Assembly: GCF_001194135.2 (NCBI RefSeq)
Contig: NC_068999.1
Span: 20,749,998-20,785,638, forward strand
DNA: 35,641 nucleotides
Origin: Octopus bimaculoides
Taxonomy: Eukaryota
Reading direction: 5' to 3'
Below are positions 33,889-35,641 of this stretch, one piece after another (positions within the stretch are counted from its first letter, which is position 1; every line of letters begins with the position of its first letter). The translations under genes were made by a program, and so were the position numbers. The notes under the pieces are model-generated. The model searched no databases, was not told the origin of the DNA, and saw only the letters and a program-made list of their open reading frames with translations.

Positions 33889-34340
33889 ATATATATATAT
33901 ATATATATANNNNNNNNNNNNNNNNNNNNNNNNNNNNNNNNNNNNNNNNNNNNNNNNNNNNNNNNNNNNNNNNNNNNNNNNNNNNNNNNNNNNNNNNNNN
34001 NNNNNNNNNNNNNNNNNNNNNNNNNNNNNNNNNNNNNNNNNNNNNNNNNNNNNNNNNNNNNNNNNNNNNNNNNNNNNNNNNNNNNNNNNNNNNNNNNNNN
34101 NNNNNNNNNNNNNNNNNNNNNNNNNNNNNNNNNNNNNNNNNNNNNNNNNNNNNNNNNNNNNNNNNNNNNNNNNNNNNNNNNNNNNNNNNNNNNNNNNNNN
34201 NNNNNNNNNNNNNNNNNNNNNNNNNNNNNNNNNNNNNNNNNNNNNNNNNNNNNNNNNNNNNNNNNNNNNNNNNNNNNNNNNNNNNNNNNNNNNNNNNNNN
34301 NNNNNNNNNNNNNNNNNNNNNNNNNNNNNNNNNNNNNNNN

Positions 34341-34700
34341 GGTTCAGTCCCACTGCGTGGCACTTTGGGCAAGTATCTTCTACTATAGCCTCGGGCCGAC
34401 CAAAGCCTTGTGAGTGGATTTGGTAGACGGAAACTGAAAGAAGCCCGTCGTATATATGTATATCTATATATGTATGCGTGTTTGTGTGTCTGTGTTTGTC
34501 CCCCCACCATCGCTTGACAACCGATGCTGGTGTGTTTACGTCCCCGTAACTTAGCGGTTCGGCAAAAAGACCCCGATAGAATAAGTACTAGGCTTACAAA
34601 GAATAAGTCCTGGGGTCGATTTCCTCGACTAAAGGCGGTGCTCCAGCATGGCTGCAGTCAAATGACTGAAACAAGTAGAAGAGTAAAAGAGTAAAAGAGT
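34341..34700 (+). mobile_element. SINE family B, best-preserved copy (5' end hidden in the gap)
   Basis: ggttcagtcccactgcgtggcactttgggcaagtatcttctactatagcctcgggccgaccaaagccttgtgagtggatttggtagacggaaactgaaagaagcccg...aaggcggtgctccagcatggctgcagtcaaatgactgaaacaag(tagaaga/taaaaga)n. Confidence 0.95.
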
Positions 34701-34990
34701 ATATATATATATATAACTATATATATAGTTTACTAATATTTTCATCACTATTGTTGCTTTCTTGCATTATATAGTGCAATGCTCTTATCGTTGTTGTACG
34801 GGCAGGCTGAGCCGGCAGGAAAGTTTCGTATTGTATGGCAAGTACATAAATTTTCATTGCTATATAGTACAATATTAACTTATTCTCCAGACATAAACAT
34901 ATATAAATATGTGTGTGTATGTGTGAGTTTACGTGCGCGTGTGTGCGTTGGTGTGTAGACGCTTGTGAGTTGTGTATGTATACTTTTATG

Positions 34991-35023
<33 letters not shown>

Positions 35024-35641
35024 NNNNNNNNNNATATTACAGGTAATAATGCTAGGATTCAGTTATACAGAAAAGATGTTAATAGTTAGACGGAATTGTG
35101 TTTGATCTAATATACGAAAGTTATGAATCAAAATTAGATTTGTGAAAACATTTTTCTGTGCCTAACATTCTGAAAGAGAACAACTGAGAAGCGACTTCAC
35201 ATTTTAATTCAAGGCGTGATAAAATTTAATTAAACTTTTAGTTTAACAGAAAGTTACTATTATTATTTGGTTTACGTATACGAATAAATATGAATTCAAG
35301 TTTCGAGAGATCAAAGACTCTTTCGTGTTTACACGTTCTAACAATGAGCTAGATCTGTCGCTCTTAATCTCCCTCGCTCTATGTCATTTTCCCCACTTTT
35401 CCTCACACTCTCCCCTTTTTCTCACTGTCTCTATATATATTTCCATCTTTCCATCTTTGTAACTCACACGCATATATGTAAGTGTACGGGATATATCTAC
35501 GTATAATGTTTATATATGCATATCTTTATGTTATATGTATGTACACACACACACATATATATGTATATGTAAGTGTATATATGTATATATAAATAAATAT
35601 AGATATTTAGTGAGATATATATATATATATATATATATATA

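Overview
AT-rich, repeat-dense eukaryotic (animal) genomic DNA, about 9% N in nine gaps that mostly abut (TA)n tracts. From memory the repeat families match an octopus/coleoid cephalopod genome; this is an inference, not a database result. No protein-coding gene can be called with confidence. Most supplied ORFs are microsatellite or N-gap artefacts, or antisense/decayed transposon frames. Supported content: (i) about 21 tRNA-type SINE copies from three families, several as close inverted pairs; (ii) a Helitron-type element (1898-3845) carrying a variant (TTAGGG)n array; (iii) a Penelope-type fragment containing a minimal type-I hammerhead ribozyme on the minus strand (3970-4018); (iv) a Chapaev3-like DNA transposon with both termini and a TTA target duplication (10799-12528); (v) an RTE LINE 3' end; (vi) a nest of R4/Dong-like LINE pieces in (AAT)n (21.3-23.05 kb); (vii) an RLE-type LINE apparently inserted into the internal (CATA)n tract of an older copy of itself (30.05-30.95 kb); (viii) an unexplained 100-nt hairpin (16539-16639); (ix) a convincing 82-nt GT-AG intron on the minus strand (1352-1433), which suggests an unidentified transcript. 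The best leads are the ribozyme, the self-nesting LINE, the hairpin and the spliced unit. None is demonstrably a wholly new system.
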